Below are positions 27,565 to 36,558 of a stretch of 64,000 nucleotides of DNA, in pieces (position 1 is the first letter of the stretch; each line of letters opens with the position of its first letter). The translations under genes and the position numbers were made by a program. The notes below the pieces were generated by a model that worked only from the letters and a program-made list of their open reading frames with translations, was not told the origin of the DNA and did not search any database. The DNA is from Myxococcota bacterium. Lineage in GTDB: Bacteria > Myxococcota_A > UBA9160 > UBA4427. Location: assembly GCA_965250285.1 (NCBI GenBank), contig OZ252299.1, forward strand, positions 2,528,001 to 2,592,000, in the 5' to 3' direction.

Positions 27565-28332
27565 ATGGAAGCAAGCAAGATCGAGTGGACCGACTGCACC
27601 TTCAACCCGTGGATCGGGTGTTCGAAGGTCTCCGCGGCGTGCCGTGCCTGCTACGCGGAAACGCTGATGTCGAAGCGCTACAAGCGCGTCGAATGGGGTC
27701 CCGGCAAGCCCAGGTTGCGGACGAAGGAAGCGACGTGGGCGCAGCCCCGTGCCTGGAACCGCAAAGCTGAGAAGAACGGGACGAGGCTCCGCGTCTTCTC
27801 TGCGAGCCTCGCGGACATCTTCGATGCCGAGGTTCCGGAGGAGTGGCGAGACGACTTCTGGAGTTTGGTCTCCGAGACTCCCCACCTCGACTGGCTGGTG
27901 CTCACGAAGCGGCCCGAGAACATCAAGCCGATGCTCCCGAACGATTGGGGCACCGGGTGGTCGAACGTCTGGCTGGGAACCACGGTCGAGGATCAGGGCG
28001 CCGCCGATGCGAGGCTCCCCCAACTCCTGGAAGTCCCGGCCGTCGTTCGTTTCCTCTCCTGCGAGCCGCTTCTGGAGCCGGTCATCCTCCGTGGCTGCAC
28101 CGGGCTCGACTGGGTCATCGCGGGCGGTGAGACGGGCGCGGACGCTCGCCCGACGGACCCGACGTGGGTCCGCCTTCTTCGGGCGCAGTGCCTCGGTTCG
28201 CGTACCGCCTTCTTCTTCAAGCAGTGGGGCGACCACGACGCGACTGGCAAGCGGGTCGGAAAACACCGTGCGGGGCGGCTGCTCGACGGCCGGACCTGGG
28301 ACGAGTTCCCGACCCCGGCCGAGAGCCGCTAG
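27565..28332 (+). CDS. DUF5131 (phage Gp37/Gp68-like) three-Cys protein
   Basis: SKIEWTD.TFNPWIGC..S..C..CYA, LTKRPE, SCEPLL, GGETG, FFKQWG. Confidence 0.92.
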   Translation: MEASKIEWTDCTFNPWIGCSKVSAACRACYAETLMSKRYKRVEWGPGKPRLRTKEATWAQPRAWNRKAEKNGTRLRVFSASLADIFDAEVPEEWRDDFWSLVSETPHLDWLVLTKRPENIKPMLPNDWGTGWSNVWLGTTVEDQGAADARLPQLLEVPAVVRFLSCEPLLEPVILRGCTGLDWVIAGGETGADARPTDPTWVRLLRAQCLGSRTAFFFKQWGDHDATGKRVGKHRAGRLLDGRTWDEFPTPAESR

Positions 28333-28365
28333 CGCGGCCACGCCGGTCGAGTTGGGCGCTGACCA

Positions 28366-28584
28366 ATGATGTCGCGAGCCACCGACATGCTCCGCCAAGC
28401 GCACCCCGCGGCCTATCGGGCCGCGGTGCGCGGGCTGGGCGCCCGTACGTGCGGATCGCGGGCGATGTCTCACCGCGCCGCGACCTCACTTGGGGCGGAT
28501 CCCCATCTATGTCGAGCAGCCTCTCGGGCTCGGCACTGCATTTTGTCTCTTCCACGCGGGGGGCCCCGTTATGGCGGCCCGTGA
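28366..28584 (+). CDS. Small basic protein upstream of integrase
   Basis: 72-aa ORF filling the gap and overlapping the integrase start. Confidence 0.35.
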   Translation: MMSRATDMLRQAHPAAYRAAVRGLGARTCGSRAMSHRAATSLGADPHLCRAASRARHCILSLPRGGPRYGGP

Positions 28585-29734
28585 TCCTGATACGCTGTGG
28601 GAGATGGCCGAGAAGCTGGGCAACATCCTCTTCGACAAGGGAACCTCTCGCTACTACGTCCAGCTCTTCTGTCGCTGGCCGGGCGACAAGAGATCCAAGC
28701 GGCACCGGGTCTACGCCGACTCAGAAGGCGAGGCGAAGAAGATCCTCCGCCGCATCCAAGGCGAGGTTGCGCACGGCGCGCAGCTGTACACCGTATTGGC
28801 CCGGTACGTCGGTGACCGCAGCCGCAACGCCTTTCTCAAGCGATGGCACGCCTTCTGTGAAGAGAAGGACCAGGACGTGGAGAGCGGGCGGCTCGCGGCC
28901 CACCGTGCGAAGGAGCTCCGTCGCTACGAGGACCGCGAGTACCTCGACTTCTTCGCTGGGGTACCTCTCCACACCATCGACCGACCGAAGCTCGTCGCGT
29001 GGGTGCGATGGATGCGGCGGAAGAAGCTCAGCGAGAAGACCATCAAGAACGTGCTCTATGACATCGGGCACTTTCTTCGCTGGCTTGCCGACCAGGGCGA
29101 CATCGCGGAGGCGCCGGCGATCCCCTCGAAAGAGCTGAGACTCATCGAGTACGACCCGCAGATCCCCGAAGCGGATGTCGTCGAGAAGGTGCTCGCGGAA
29201 ATTCCCATCGAAGAGCGGGGCGTCTTTCTCGTCCGGTCGTTCATGGGCCTCCGACCCTCTGAAGCCCGCAGACTCAACGTCTCGGACCTCCGTCTCCGGA
29301 ACGACGAGGACCTCAGCGACGCCTATCTGAACCTCCCGCCGCCCAAGACCAAGACGAAGAAGGCACGGAAGCTCCAGCTCCACCCAGTAGTGGCGGAGTG
29401 GCTCGCCGAGTACGGAGAACTCGACCGCTTCGGAGGCGAGCCTCTCTTCCGCAATCCCGACGGCTACAACGAGGAACAGCGCTGGCTACCGGGAAGCGAA
29501 CGTCGGGTCTTGGAGCGGGCCTACAAGGCTGCCCAGGTAGCCTGGATCAAGCCTAACGAGTTCGGCCGCCACTTCTTCGCCACTCACGCGGTGAACGACC
29601 TGCAAGCGGACATCTTTCCGGTGCAGGCGTGGCTGGGACACACCGATCCCAAGACGACACAGCGCTATGCCAAGCTGCGCCCGGTTTCTATCGCAAGAAT
29701 CATAGGGAGCCCCCGAGAACGCGGCCGTCGCTGA
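28571..29734 (+). CDS. Tyrosine integrase
   Basis: GLRPSE, KTK, NEFGRH, WLGH...TTQRY. Confidence 0.93.
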   Translation: MAARDPDTLWEMAEKLGNILFDKGTSRYYVQLFCRWPGDKRSKRHRVYADSEGEAKKILRRIQGEVAHGAQLYTVLARYVGDRSRNAFLKRWHAFCEEKDQDVESGRLAAHRAKELRRYEDREYLDFFAGVPLHTIDRPKLVAWVRWMRRKKLSEKTIKNVLYDIGHFLRWLADQGDIAEAPAIPSKELRLIEYDPQIPEADVVEKVLAEIPIEERGVFLVRSFMGLRPSEARRLNVSDLRLRNDEDLSDAYLNLPPPKTKTKKARKLQLHPVVAEWLAEYGELDRFGGEPLFRNPDGYNEEQRWLPGSERRVLERAYKAAQVAWIKPNEFGRHFFATHAVNDLQADIFPVQAWLGHTDPKTTQRYAKLRPVSIARIIGSPRERGRR

Positions 29735-29830
29735 AGACGATTCGGCACTGCGGACTACTCGACCAATCGATGAGGCGAGGCAGGCACTAGCAGTCTGCCG
29801 AGCCTCCGACGACACCCGGGAGCGATACCG

Positions 29831-30493
29831 TTGAAATGCATCAAGTTCGAACTTCGCCTCGTCAATCATCAGGCAACAGACAAGAACGAGCGAGATATGC
29901 TCGAGGACATCTGGCGGAAACAAACAGTCGTAGAGCGACTCATACTGCAGCACGCCCCGTTCCGACCGCACCAGGTCGCAATCAATCCAGTCCCGGACGA
30001 GAACGCGTTGGAGCATCTCGACCTCATGGACGCAGTCGCGGACCGCGCGGACATCGTGGAAGAGGCACTTGTAACATTCTGGAAGATGTCAGATGACCCG
30101 GACGCGCGGCTGCAGGTTCTCGAAGCCGCGCTCGTCCATGAAGCAAGCCTCCAGTCGTATATCCAGTACGCAAGCGCCAGGAACGCTGCCTGGAGTTCCC
30201 GCGCGGTTGCCCCGAATGCCGACGCCTTCAAGGCCGAGCTTGTCGGTGCGCTTGGAAGGTCACGCTCCGTCACTGATATTCGTGTGACTCCCCGGTCGGG
30301 CCGGCTGGATCTAGAGATCGACGAGCGCCGCGGGGACACGAGCGTCACGTGGCATCTACGTGACTTGAATGCATCACCGCAGCTGGCAGCCGATTTCGTC
30401 ACTCGGCTCCGCACGCTGGCACCACCTGAACTGCACCAGGAACGTCACCCAGCGCGAAAGGGGAGACAAGACACTCTCTTCCCGGAGCGCTAG
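29831..30493 (+). CDS. Hypothetical protein
   Basis: 220-aa protein-like ORF; start uncertain. Confidence 0.5.
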   Translation: MKCIKFELRLVNHQATDKNERDMLEDIWRKQTVVERLILQHAPFRPHQVAINPVPDENALEHLDLMDAVADRADIVEEALVTFWKMSDDPDARLQVLEAALVHEASLQSYIQYASARNAAWSSRAVAPNADAFKAELVGALGRSRSVTDIRVTPRSGRLDLEIDERRGDTSVTWHLRDLNASPQLAADFVTRLRTLAPPELHQERHPARKGRQDTLFPER

Positions 30494-30555
30494 CAGAAGC
30501 CCGTGGGCGCGGAGCTTCAAGTTCATCCACACCTTCAGCGAACGGACCATTCATC

Positions 30556-30906
30556 ATGGGATACAGCTACGCCGAAAACATTCGGGCCGCCGGCCAGTAC
30601 CTTCTTGAGATTCTCGACCAAAACGGGAGTGTCGAGTATGCGCGCTTCTACGACGGCTCCGAAACCACCGCTCATGCGTTGTACACCGGGATGGGGCTAA
30701 CTATAGAAGAGGGAGAGAGCTACTGCGCCGAGCATCTCATCGACCTCGCGGCTGCTCAACTCGAGCGCCAGGGATTCGTACACACCGAGATACTCAGCTC
30801 CAAGCTCGCTGACGGCGAACCCAACTACTCGATTCAGCTGGCTCCCAGTGCTCAAGAGCGAATCGCGTCTGGGGAGCAGCCGACGTACTGGGACGTTGCC
30901 GAGTAG
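30556..30906 (+). CDS. Hypothetical acidic protein
   Basis: 116-aa ORF. Confidence 0.6.
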   Translation: MGYSYAENIRAAGQYLLEILDQNGSVEYARFYDGSETTAHALYTGMGLTIEEGESYCAEHLIDLAAAQLERQGFVHTEILSSKLADGEPNYSIQLAPSAQERIASGEQPTYWDVAE

Positions 30907-30928
30907 TCAGACGGCGCTCGCCCTCCTG

Positions 30929-33900
30929 CTATAGCTCCGGTAGGTAGTAAGCCAGGAGCTCTCGCATCAACACCTCTCCACGCCGCGCCAATCGCTCGAT
31001 GTCTGCTTCTGCCATCGGCGAGAAGTTGGTCGGGTACGTATAGACCTCGTGCCGGCGCGGCAGGTCCGGCGGAAGCCACGGCAGGCTCTCGTCGATCTGA
31101 CCAAGGTACGCGAAGGCGAATCCCGAGATGGCGCCGGTCGCAGCATGCCTATGGAGTCGGTTGCGTGTCGCATCCTGGACCTTGCGGAAGGTCGTCAGGA
31201 ACGAACGATGCATGCGCGTCGGCCACCACATCGGGAAAGAGTCCGCATCGAACAATCCGCCTCCGGCATCGCAGGAGATGATGTACTTCGGGTCAAAGAC
31301 GTTTGTGCTGACGTCCGGCGACCGGCCCGGCTCCATCGGGCCAACTCCCAGGTTCTCGAAGACGCCACCGTCGGTCAGCAGAACACGGTCGACTCCGACA
31401 TCCTTACCCCTCTTCGAGAAGCGATACTCGCGGTCAAGCGCTGGAAGGAACACCGGATAGGCAGCGGAAGCTGCAACGGCATCAGCAACAGAAGAAGACG
31501 CCGGTGCGATCGTTCCGAAGCGCCAGCATCCGGACTCTCTGCTCCCGAATCGGAAGGCTGAGCCGGTGCGAAGCTCCGTCGCATTGATCACGACGTCCAG
31601 CGAGTCTCGCACCACCTCACTTGTCTTGACCTCGCCGAACAGCGTGCGGGCCAGGGCGGTGCGAAACGCTTCGGCCCGACTGTGGGCCCGAGCCGGAGGA
31701 ACCGACCTCGGGTCTAGGAGTCCACGCTGCAATCCCGATGGCAGCATTGCCCCAAGGCCTCTGAGCATCGATGAAGGTACGTTCCGAAGCATGGCGGCTG
31801 CCGTGCGGGCCATCGAGCCTGGCGTCAACCACGCCTTCGCAATCTCGCCTACCAGCCCCTCCCTCAGCAACGACGTGACGCGAGCATCAAAGTCGGCAAA
31901 GTCCTCGCTCGAGTACGCATACATGGCGGCGATGACAGAGCCACCCGACACACTGGAGATCACCTGGAGGCGGTCGAGGAGGTCGAGATCAGCGAGGGCC
32001 CGGAGACATCCCAGGTGGAAGGCGATCGCCCGGGAACCACCCCCAGATAGCGCCAGTCCGACGTCTCTGGGCGAGGTCACATCATTCGAAATGCCCGATG
32101 TCGATGACGCATCCATCGACACGACCACCGAGTTCTGCAGTCGGCGCTCAGTGCGGAACAGATGCGCTCCCATAGTCGGGTCATCCGGACTTCCAGACAG
32201 AATCAGAAGAAGGCAGGTCCGTCGGTTCGACCCAGGGGTCGCGAGCAACTGATAGACGGCGCCTATGTCAACCTCACTCGGCTCCGCGCGGGACCGCGGG
32301 TGGGTGTGCCAGCTGCCGACACATCTCACTGACTTGCGAAACCGGCCCTCTTTCTCTGCCGCCGCCTCTTCCATTCCTTCGACGCCGCAAGTGAAGTGGA
32401 GTGCGGATGCATCGCTGTCGGGCGGTGGACCTGCGACCTCGGTCACCCAAAGCACGCCCGCCGCCTCACTCAGCTCGCCGAAGATCAGCCCTCCAGTCTC
32501 GCAATCACGCCCCGCTGTCCTCTCGGACCGGCGTGCCCATCCGCGCATCTCCCGCAGGGCTTCCGGAGAGATCCGGATTGAGAACTCGTGGCTAGGGTCA
32601 TCCAGAACCAGCTCGCTCGACCACCCGAATTCATGGAGCTCTCCTCCACCTGAGAACATCCAGCCCGCGGCAGCACTCGGCTGGTCGTGGCTGCGGAGCG
32701 CGTTGGCGATTGCGTTCATCGCACGCGCGGATAGTGACGCGAGGTCGGCATCTGAGCCGACGAACGTTGGCTCAGAGCACCCTGGTTCAGGCTGGAAACG
32801 TGCGGGGTCGCCCTCAGAGGGCCAGAAGGTGTCGCGCAGCGCGCCAAGGACGGAGGGATCCCGGCACGCAGCAATCTTCAGGCGACGCAGCAGATCCAAC
32901 GTCCCACCGCTATGGCCCGGCATGGAGAGCGTCGCAATGGCTGACGAAGCGTCAAAGCCGATCCCCAGCGAAGCAATCGGCGGACGGACTCCTTCCGAAC
33001 GCAACACCCGCTCCGCCTTGGTTCGCACCGGCTGAGATGCAGTGCAGTCGATGATGATGTCGACATCGGAGAAAGGGGATGGGTCGTCGAGCAGGTAGAG
33101 CAGGTTACTAGCCAGCGCCTCGGCCTCTAGCTGAGAGTCGACCCTGCGCAGTCTGTCCCCGAGAGCCTCTGCTTTCGGTCTTCCGATGTCGGACTCATCG
33201 AAGCACTGCCGGACAAGAATGCCCGGTACCACCGTCCCGTTGTCAATCAGGCGGAGGGTCGAGGCGCCTGCCCGAGCGATCGATTCCGCGACTCGGGATC
33301 CGATCGCGCCGCATCCCCAGATCTCGACTCTTTTGCCCCGGAACCACGACATCGGAGAGTCGGAGTCACGACGACGAGTGACCTCGGGGCGCATCTCGCG
33401 AACAGGGCACCAGCCTACTTTGGCCTCGAGCGACCACTTCGCCACTTGAGCGATTGCCGCGTCCCGCCCTTCCTCGCTGGGCTCGCCCGAGGACTTCTGC
33501 ATCTCGCGAAGCTGGTCGGCGTCTTCTCCGGACACCTCCCAAACAGCAAGATGCTGTAGAAGTGGGCCGCTTGCCTCGACTCGCCGCATCGGGGTGCCCA
33601 GAACCACGAGCAACGGCAGCCCGCGGTCAGTGCGGGCAGCAAGGGCCGCCAGCAACCACAGGAAGGTTGCCGTTTCGATTCCCTGGTCGTCGAGCTCCTT
33701 GAGGAGTTCGTTTACCGTCCCGGGGTACTCGAAGGGCAATGGCCGCGGCAACAGGATCGCGGGGGCGAATACCGCGGGCGCCCCTTCAGACGCACGGACC
33801 CACGCGGCGATCTCGGTTCTGTTCGGGAACTCTTGAAGCTCTGCGTATCCGACCCAGCCCCCTTCGCCTACGTCGGGCGTGTCCGCTCGCGGAACCACGA

Positions 33901-34348
33901 GACGCGCGGTGGATTCGTATGCAACCGGCGGATGTAGCGGCGCGTCGTCTGGGTCAAGATTGCAGACCGCCGCGTCACGAACCCACTGGTCCAGTCGGGC
34001 CACAAAGCCATACATCCCACCGTCCGGGTCCCACTCGAGTGTGCTCTGATAGAGACAAGGGTGGCGGCGCCATTGCACGTGCGGGAAGCCTGCGAACCGG
34101 TCATGGGCAACGGCGACGCGCGGGTACACGAACGGGAATTGAGGGGAGATCGCGAGGTGGAAGTGCTCCCTGGCGCGAACAGGCAAGCCCTCGGGCGCGC
34201 GCTCCAACCCATCGAAGCGGATCGAGATCTCGAACTTCAGTATCGAGCCGTCTTCGCTCGTCGACTCGGAGATCAGCTCGACACTTCCATCCGATGCTTC
34301 CGAGATCTCCTGGAGCTGCTCCCTCGCTGACGCCTGGCCATCGGTCAT
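30929..34348 (-). CDS. E2-E1(ThiF)-JAB-patatin fusion protein
   Basis: E2 FP..YP..PHV..HPC98LY; E1 G345CGAIG, LID, LVRQ, DCTA, EPGC524; JAB ETGG, H681TH..S..D; patatin SG769GG, SVS801GG, D993GG. Confidence 0.9.
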   Translation of the reverse strand: MTDGQASAREQLQEISEASDGSVELISESTSEDGSILKFEISIRFDGLERAPEGLPVRAREHFHLAISPQFPFVYPRVAVAHDRFAGFPHVQWRRHPCLYQSTLEWDPDGGMYGFVARLDQWVRDAAVCNLDPDDAPLHPPVAYESTARLVVPRADTPDVGEGGWVGYAELQEFPNRTEIAAWVRASEGAPAVFAPAILLPRPLPFEYPGTVNELLKELDDQGIETATFLWLLAALAARTDRGLPLLVVLGTPMRRVEASGPLLQHLAVWEVSGEDADQLREMQKSSGEPSEEGRDAAIAQVAKWSLEAKVGWCPVREMRPEVTRRRDSDSPMSWFRGKRVEIWGCGAIGSRVAESIARAGASTLRLIDNGTVVPGILVRQCFDESDIGRPKAEALGDRLRRVDSQLEAEALASNLLYLLDDPSPFSDVDIIIDCTASQPVRTKAERVLRSEGVRPPIASLGIGFDASSAIATLSMPGHSGGTLDLLRRLKIAACRDPSVLGALRDTFWPSEGDPARFQPEPGCSEPTFVGSDADLASLSARAMNAIANALRSHDQPSAAAGWMFSGGGELHEFGWSSELVLDDPSHEFSIRISPEALREMRGWARRSERTAGRDCETGGLIFGELSEAAGVLWVTEVAGPPPDSDASALHFTCGVEGMEEAAAEKEGRFRKSVRCVGSWHTHPRSRAEPSEVDIGAVYQLLATPGSNRRTCLLLILSGSPDDPTMGAHLFRTERRLQNSVVVSMDASSTSGISNDVTSPRDVGLALSGGGSRAIAFHLGCLRALADLDLLDRLQVISSVSGGSVIAAMYAYSSEDFADFDARVTSLLREGLVGEIAKAWLTPGSMARTAAAMLRNVPSSMLRGLGAMLPSGLQRGLLDPRSVPPARAHSRAEAFRTALARTLFGEVKTSEVVRDSLDVVINATELRTGSAFRFGSRESGCWRFGTIAPASSSVADAVAASAAYPVFLPALDREYRFSKRGKDVGVDRVLLTDGGVFENLGVGPMEPGRSPDVSTNVFDPKYIISCDAGGGLFDADSFPMWWPTRMHRSFLTTFRKVQDATRNRLHRHAATGAISGFAFAYLGQIDESLPWLPPDLPRRHEVYTYPTNFSPMAEADIERLARRGEVLMRELLAYYLPEL

Positions 34349-35544
34349 CAGCCGTACGTTACTGCGGCTCCAGGCGTCGCGTCCGAACCACGCGCCTCGG
34401 ATGCTGCGGCAGACGCCGTCTTCGCGGTCGCAGGGGTCGCGAGGGTCTTGATCGCCCCGCCCTCAAGGGTCACCACGATGGGGGTCGGATTCTCCATCGT
34501 GCACAGGAACGACTCGGTGACCGTCTCATAGCGGCGCTTTGCTTTGGCGTGCGGCGGGTTATCACCAGGCTGGTTCGACGAAGGCACCGGATTCGAGCTC
34601 GACACAATGCGATTGGGACTCTGCGAGGCAGCCGCCATCGCATCGAGAATGTGCTGCTTGAGGACCTCGTCGCCACCGTTCTCATCCTTCCAGTACATGA
34701 CGGACTTCGAACAGTGGTGCGGGGCGAGGAGGACGTTCCACGCGAGATCGTCGGGCTGACTGACGTCAAAGATGCGCTTGATCGTCGGGTACTTGAGATC
34801 ACCGAGCAGGAGAGCACGAAGCGCCTGCTGGCCATCGAAGAGGGACACCTGGAGACCGAGACTCGTCGCGTTCCGCTCGCCCGAGTCGTCGCCCTTGAAG
34901 GGGGCATGGACAAAGCCGCGGAAGGCTCCGGTCAGGTCGACGTAGTCCACAGATTCAAACTGAGTCCCAGGAACGACGATCCGGCTGCTCGGGAAGCCGT
35001 TGAATTCGGGCTCCTCGAGTAGTTCGGAGTAGCCGAAAATCCGAACCCTGTTCCCGGAGCCAGGGTCACCGCTGGCGCTGACCGTCGCTCGAACCCTGCG
35101 TTCCGCCTCCTTCTTGAAGGCGGTGGCGTCGTCGCACAGGTCCTTGTGGTACTCGCGGAAGACGCGGGGGGTGAACCAAAGCTCGCCGATGTCGACCCTC
35201 TCGAGAAGGGCCTCGAAACCGCGGCAGTGGTCCTGGTCGGGGTGCGTGAGAGCGAACGCCGCGAGGTACGGACGGCCTCCGCGTCGTGGCAGCCGGCTCG
35301 CGAGCTCGTCCACGACCGACCAGGCGTTGTCCTCGTCGCTCTCCGATTTCTCGAGGTGGTTGATATCCACCTGGATGAACGTCTCGGCATCGACGGCGAT
35401 CGTCGTGCTATCGCCGTTGCCGACGGGCCAGAAGACGAAACCGCGCGGGGGGAGTTGGAAAGTCACGATGTCCTCCTCGGAACCGGGCTCGGGGAAGGCC
35501 AGGTTCCGTTTATTGTCGTCTGGCCCTGTGTCAGCTCCGGACAC
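34348..35544 (-). CDS. ComEC/Rec2-type metallo-beta-lactamase fold protein with C-terminal Gly tail
   Basis: VGNGDS, THPDQDH, LLGD, PHHCS; Ala/Thr-rich tail ending AVTYG; TGATG coupling to the fusion gene. Confidence 0.9.
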   Translation of the reverse strand: MSGADTGPDDNKRNLAFPEPGSEEDIVTFQLPPRGFVFWPVGNGDSTTIAVDAETFIQVDINHLEKSESDEDNAWSVVDELASRLPRRGGRPYLAAFALTHPDQDHCRGFEALLERVDIGELWFTPRVFREYHKDLCDDATAFKKEAERRVRATVSASGDPGSGNRVRIFGYSELLEEPEFNGFPSSRIVVPGTQFESVDYVDLTGAFRGFVHAPFKGDDSGERNATSLGLQVSLFDGQQALRALLLGDLKYPTIKRIFDVSQPDDLAWNVLLAPHHCSKSVMYWKDENGGDEVLKQHILDAMAAASQSPNRIVSSSNPVPSSNQPGDNPPHAKAKRRYETVTESFLCTMENPTPIVVTLEGGAIKTLATPATAKTASAAASEARGSDATPGAAVTYG

Positions 35545-35658
35545 AGGGCCAGCTGCGGCGGCGACGCTGGGGGGGGGTGGAGGACGCCGTCTGGTACAGC
35601 CGAACTAGATAGGCACGGCAGGCGTTCGGTCAAGCCGCGGGGGCCTGCTAGCGCGGCT

Positions 35659-35805
35659 GTGCCTCAGAGGTGCCTCAAGCCAGAAAACAGGCTTGCAAGC
35701 TATTGTTTTTGAAAAGAAAATGGTGGAGGCGGAGGAATATACCCTGCGTCCGCTTCAATCAAATCAAGCACTTATGACGGAATCAGGTGCCTCGTAGGAG
35801 CTCGC
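35659..35805. repeat. att site 2 (degenerate tmRNA 3' end, 35721-35751) with arm repeats and IHF site
   Basis: GTGCCTCA-gag-GTGCCTCA 35659-35677; TGGTGGAGGCGGaggaatataccctGCGTCC; AATCAAGCACTTA 35762-35774; decayed arm GTGCCTCG 35787. Confidence 0.85.
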
Positions 35806-35856
35806 CTCCCTTCGAGCCTTTCCCCGCGGGCGAGGCGCCATGCGCTCCAGCGGGAT

Positions 35857-35880
35857 AAAGTCAACATCGTTGTTGCCTTT
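35857..35880. promoter_or_regulatory. TetR operator candidate
   Basis: AAAG-t-CAACA-tcgt-TGTTG-c-CTTT just upstream of the TetR gene. Confidence 0.55.
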
Positions 35881-35906
35881 GACCGTGGTCGAGCTACCCA
35901 TTCTTC

Positions 35907-36527
35907 ATGGTCGACTCAAGCCGTGCACGTCGCAGCGACTTCGAAGACAACCGTGCCCGTCTACTGGCCGCGGCTCGCCAGCTCATCGCCGAGCGCGGTC
36001 CCGAGGGACTCTCCATCTCCGAGGTGGTGCGGCTCGCTGATCTCAATCGCACCACTGCCTACAAGCACTTTCGCACCCGCGACGAGCTCGTCTCTGCGGT
36101 CATGGAATCGCTCGCCGAGGAGGTGGGCGAGATGCTCACCCGGCCCATGCCCTTTGGTGAGCGCATCGACTTCATGGCGCGGTTCTTCGTTCAGCATCCC
36201 GAGGTCGGACGCCTGGCCCTCCACCACCTGTTGGCCGAGAACCCGTTTCCCAGGGCGGCATGGGATCTCTTCGTGGGCCAGCTGGAGAAGCTCGCGAAGA
36301 GCGATCGCGCCCAGGACGGCATCCACTCGGAGATGCTCGGCCACATCCTGATGGCCGTCGGGATCATGTGGGGGATGCAGGCCAGCGCGTTCTACGACGA
36401 CGAGGCCGCACTCGCCAAGGCGACCGACGCACTCGGGCGCGAGCTGAAGCGCCTCATGCTCTACGGCGTACTGAAGCCCGAGGCATGGCCTGAGCTCACT
36501 CGCGTCGTCGAAGACGAAGTCCAGTGA
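35907..36527 (+). CDS. TetR/AcrR family regulator
   Basis: LLAAARQLIAERG..SISEV...TAYKHFRTRDEL. Confidence 0.92.
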   Translation: MVDSSRARRSDFEDNRARLLAAARQLIAERGPEGLSISEVVRLADLNRTTAYKHFRTRDELVSAVMESLAEEVGEMLTRPMPFGERIDFMARFFVQHPEVGRLALHHLLAENPFPRAAWDLFVGQLEKLAKSDRAQDGIHSEMLGHILMAVGIMWGMQASAFYDDEAALAKATDALGRELKRLMLYGVLKPEAWPELTRVVEDEVQ

Positions 36528-36558
36528 CGGAAACCACGCAAGATCCCAGGAGGCTCGC

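Larger units (their letters stand above)
4158..35751. mobile_element. tmRNA-targeted integrative mobilizable element (~31.6 kb)
   Basis: att copies and arm repeats at both ends, tyrosine integrase, MOB-F relaxase, T4CP, oriT, ParA/initiator; no mating-pair genes seen. Confidence 0.85.

Noticed and set aside
22495..29734. Prophage
   Set aside because: DUF5131, HTH initiator and integrase are present but no terminase, capsid or tail genes.
30929..35544. Canonical type II CBASS or Pycsar
   Set aside because: No nucleotidyltransferase or cyclase motif recognised in adjacent ORFs; partner is an MBL.
34348..35544. Competence ComEC or antibiotic beta-lactamase
   Set aside because: No membrane competence domain or signal peptide; coupled to an E1/E2 gene.
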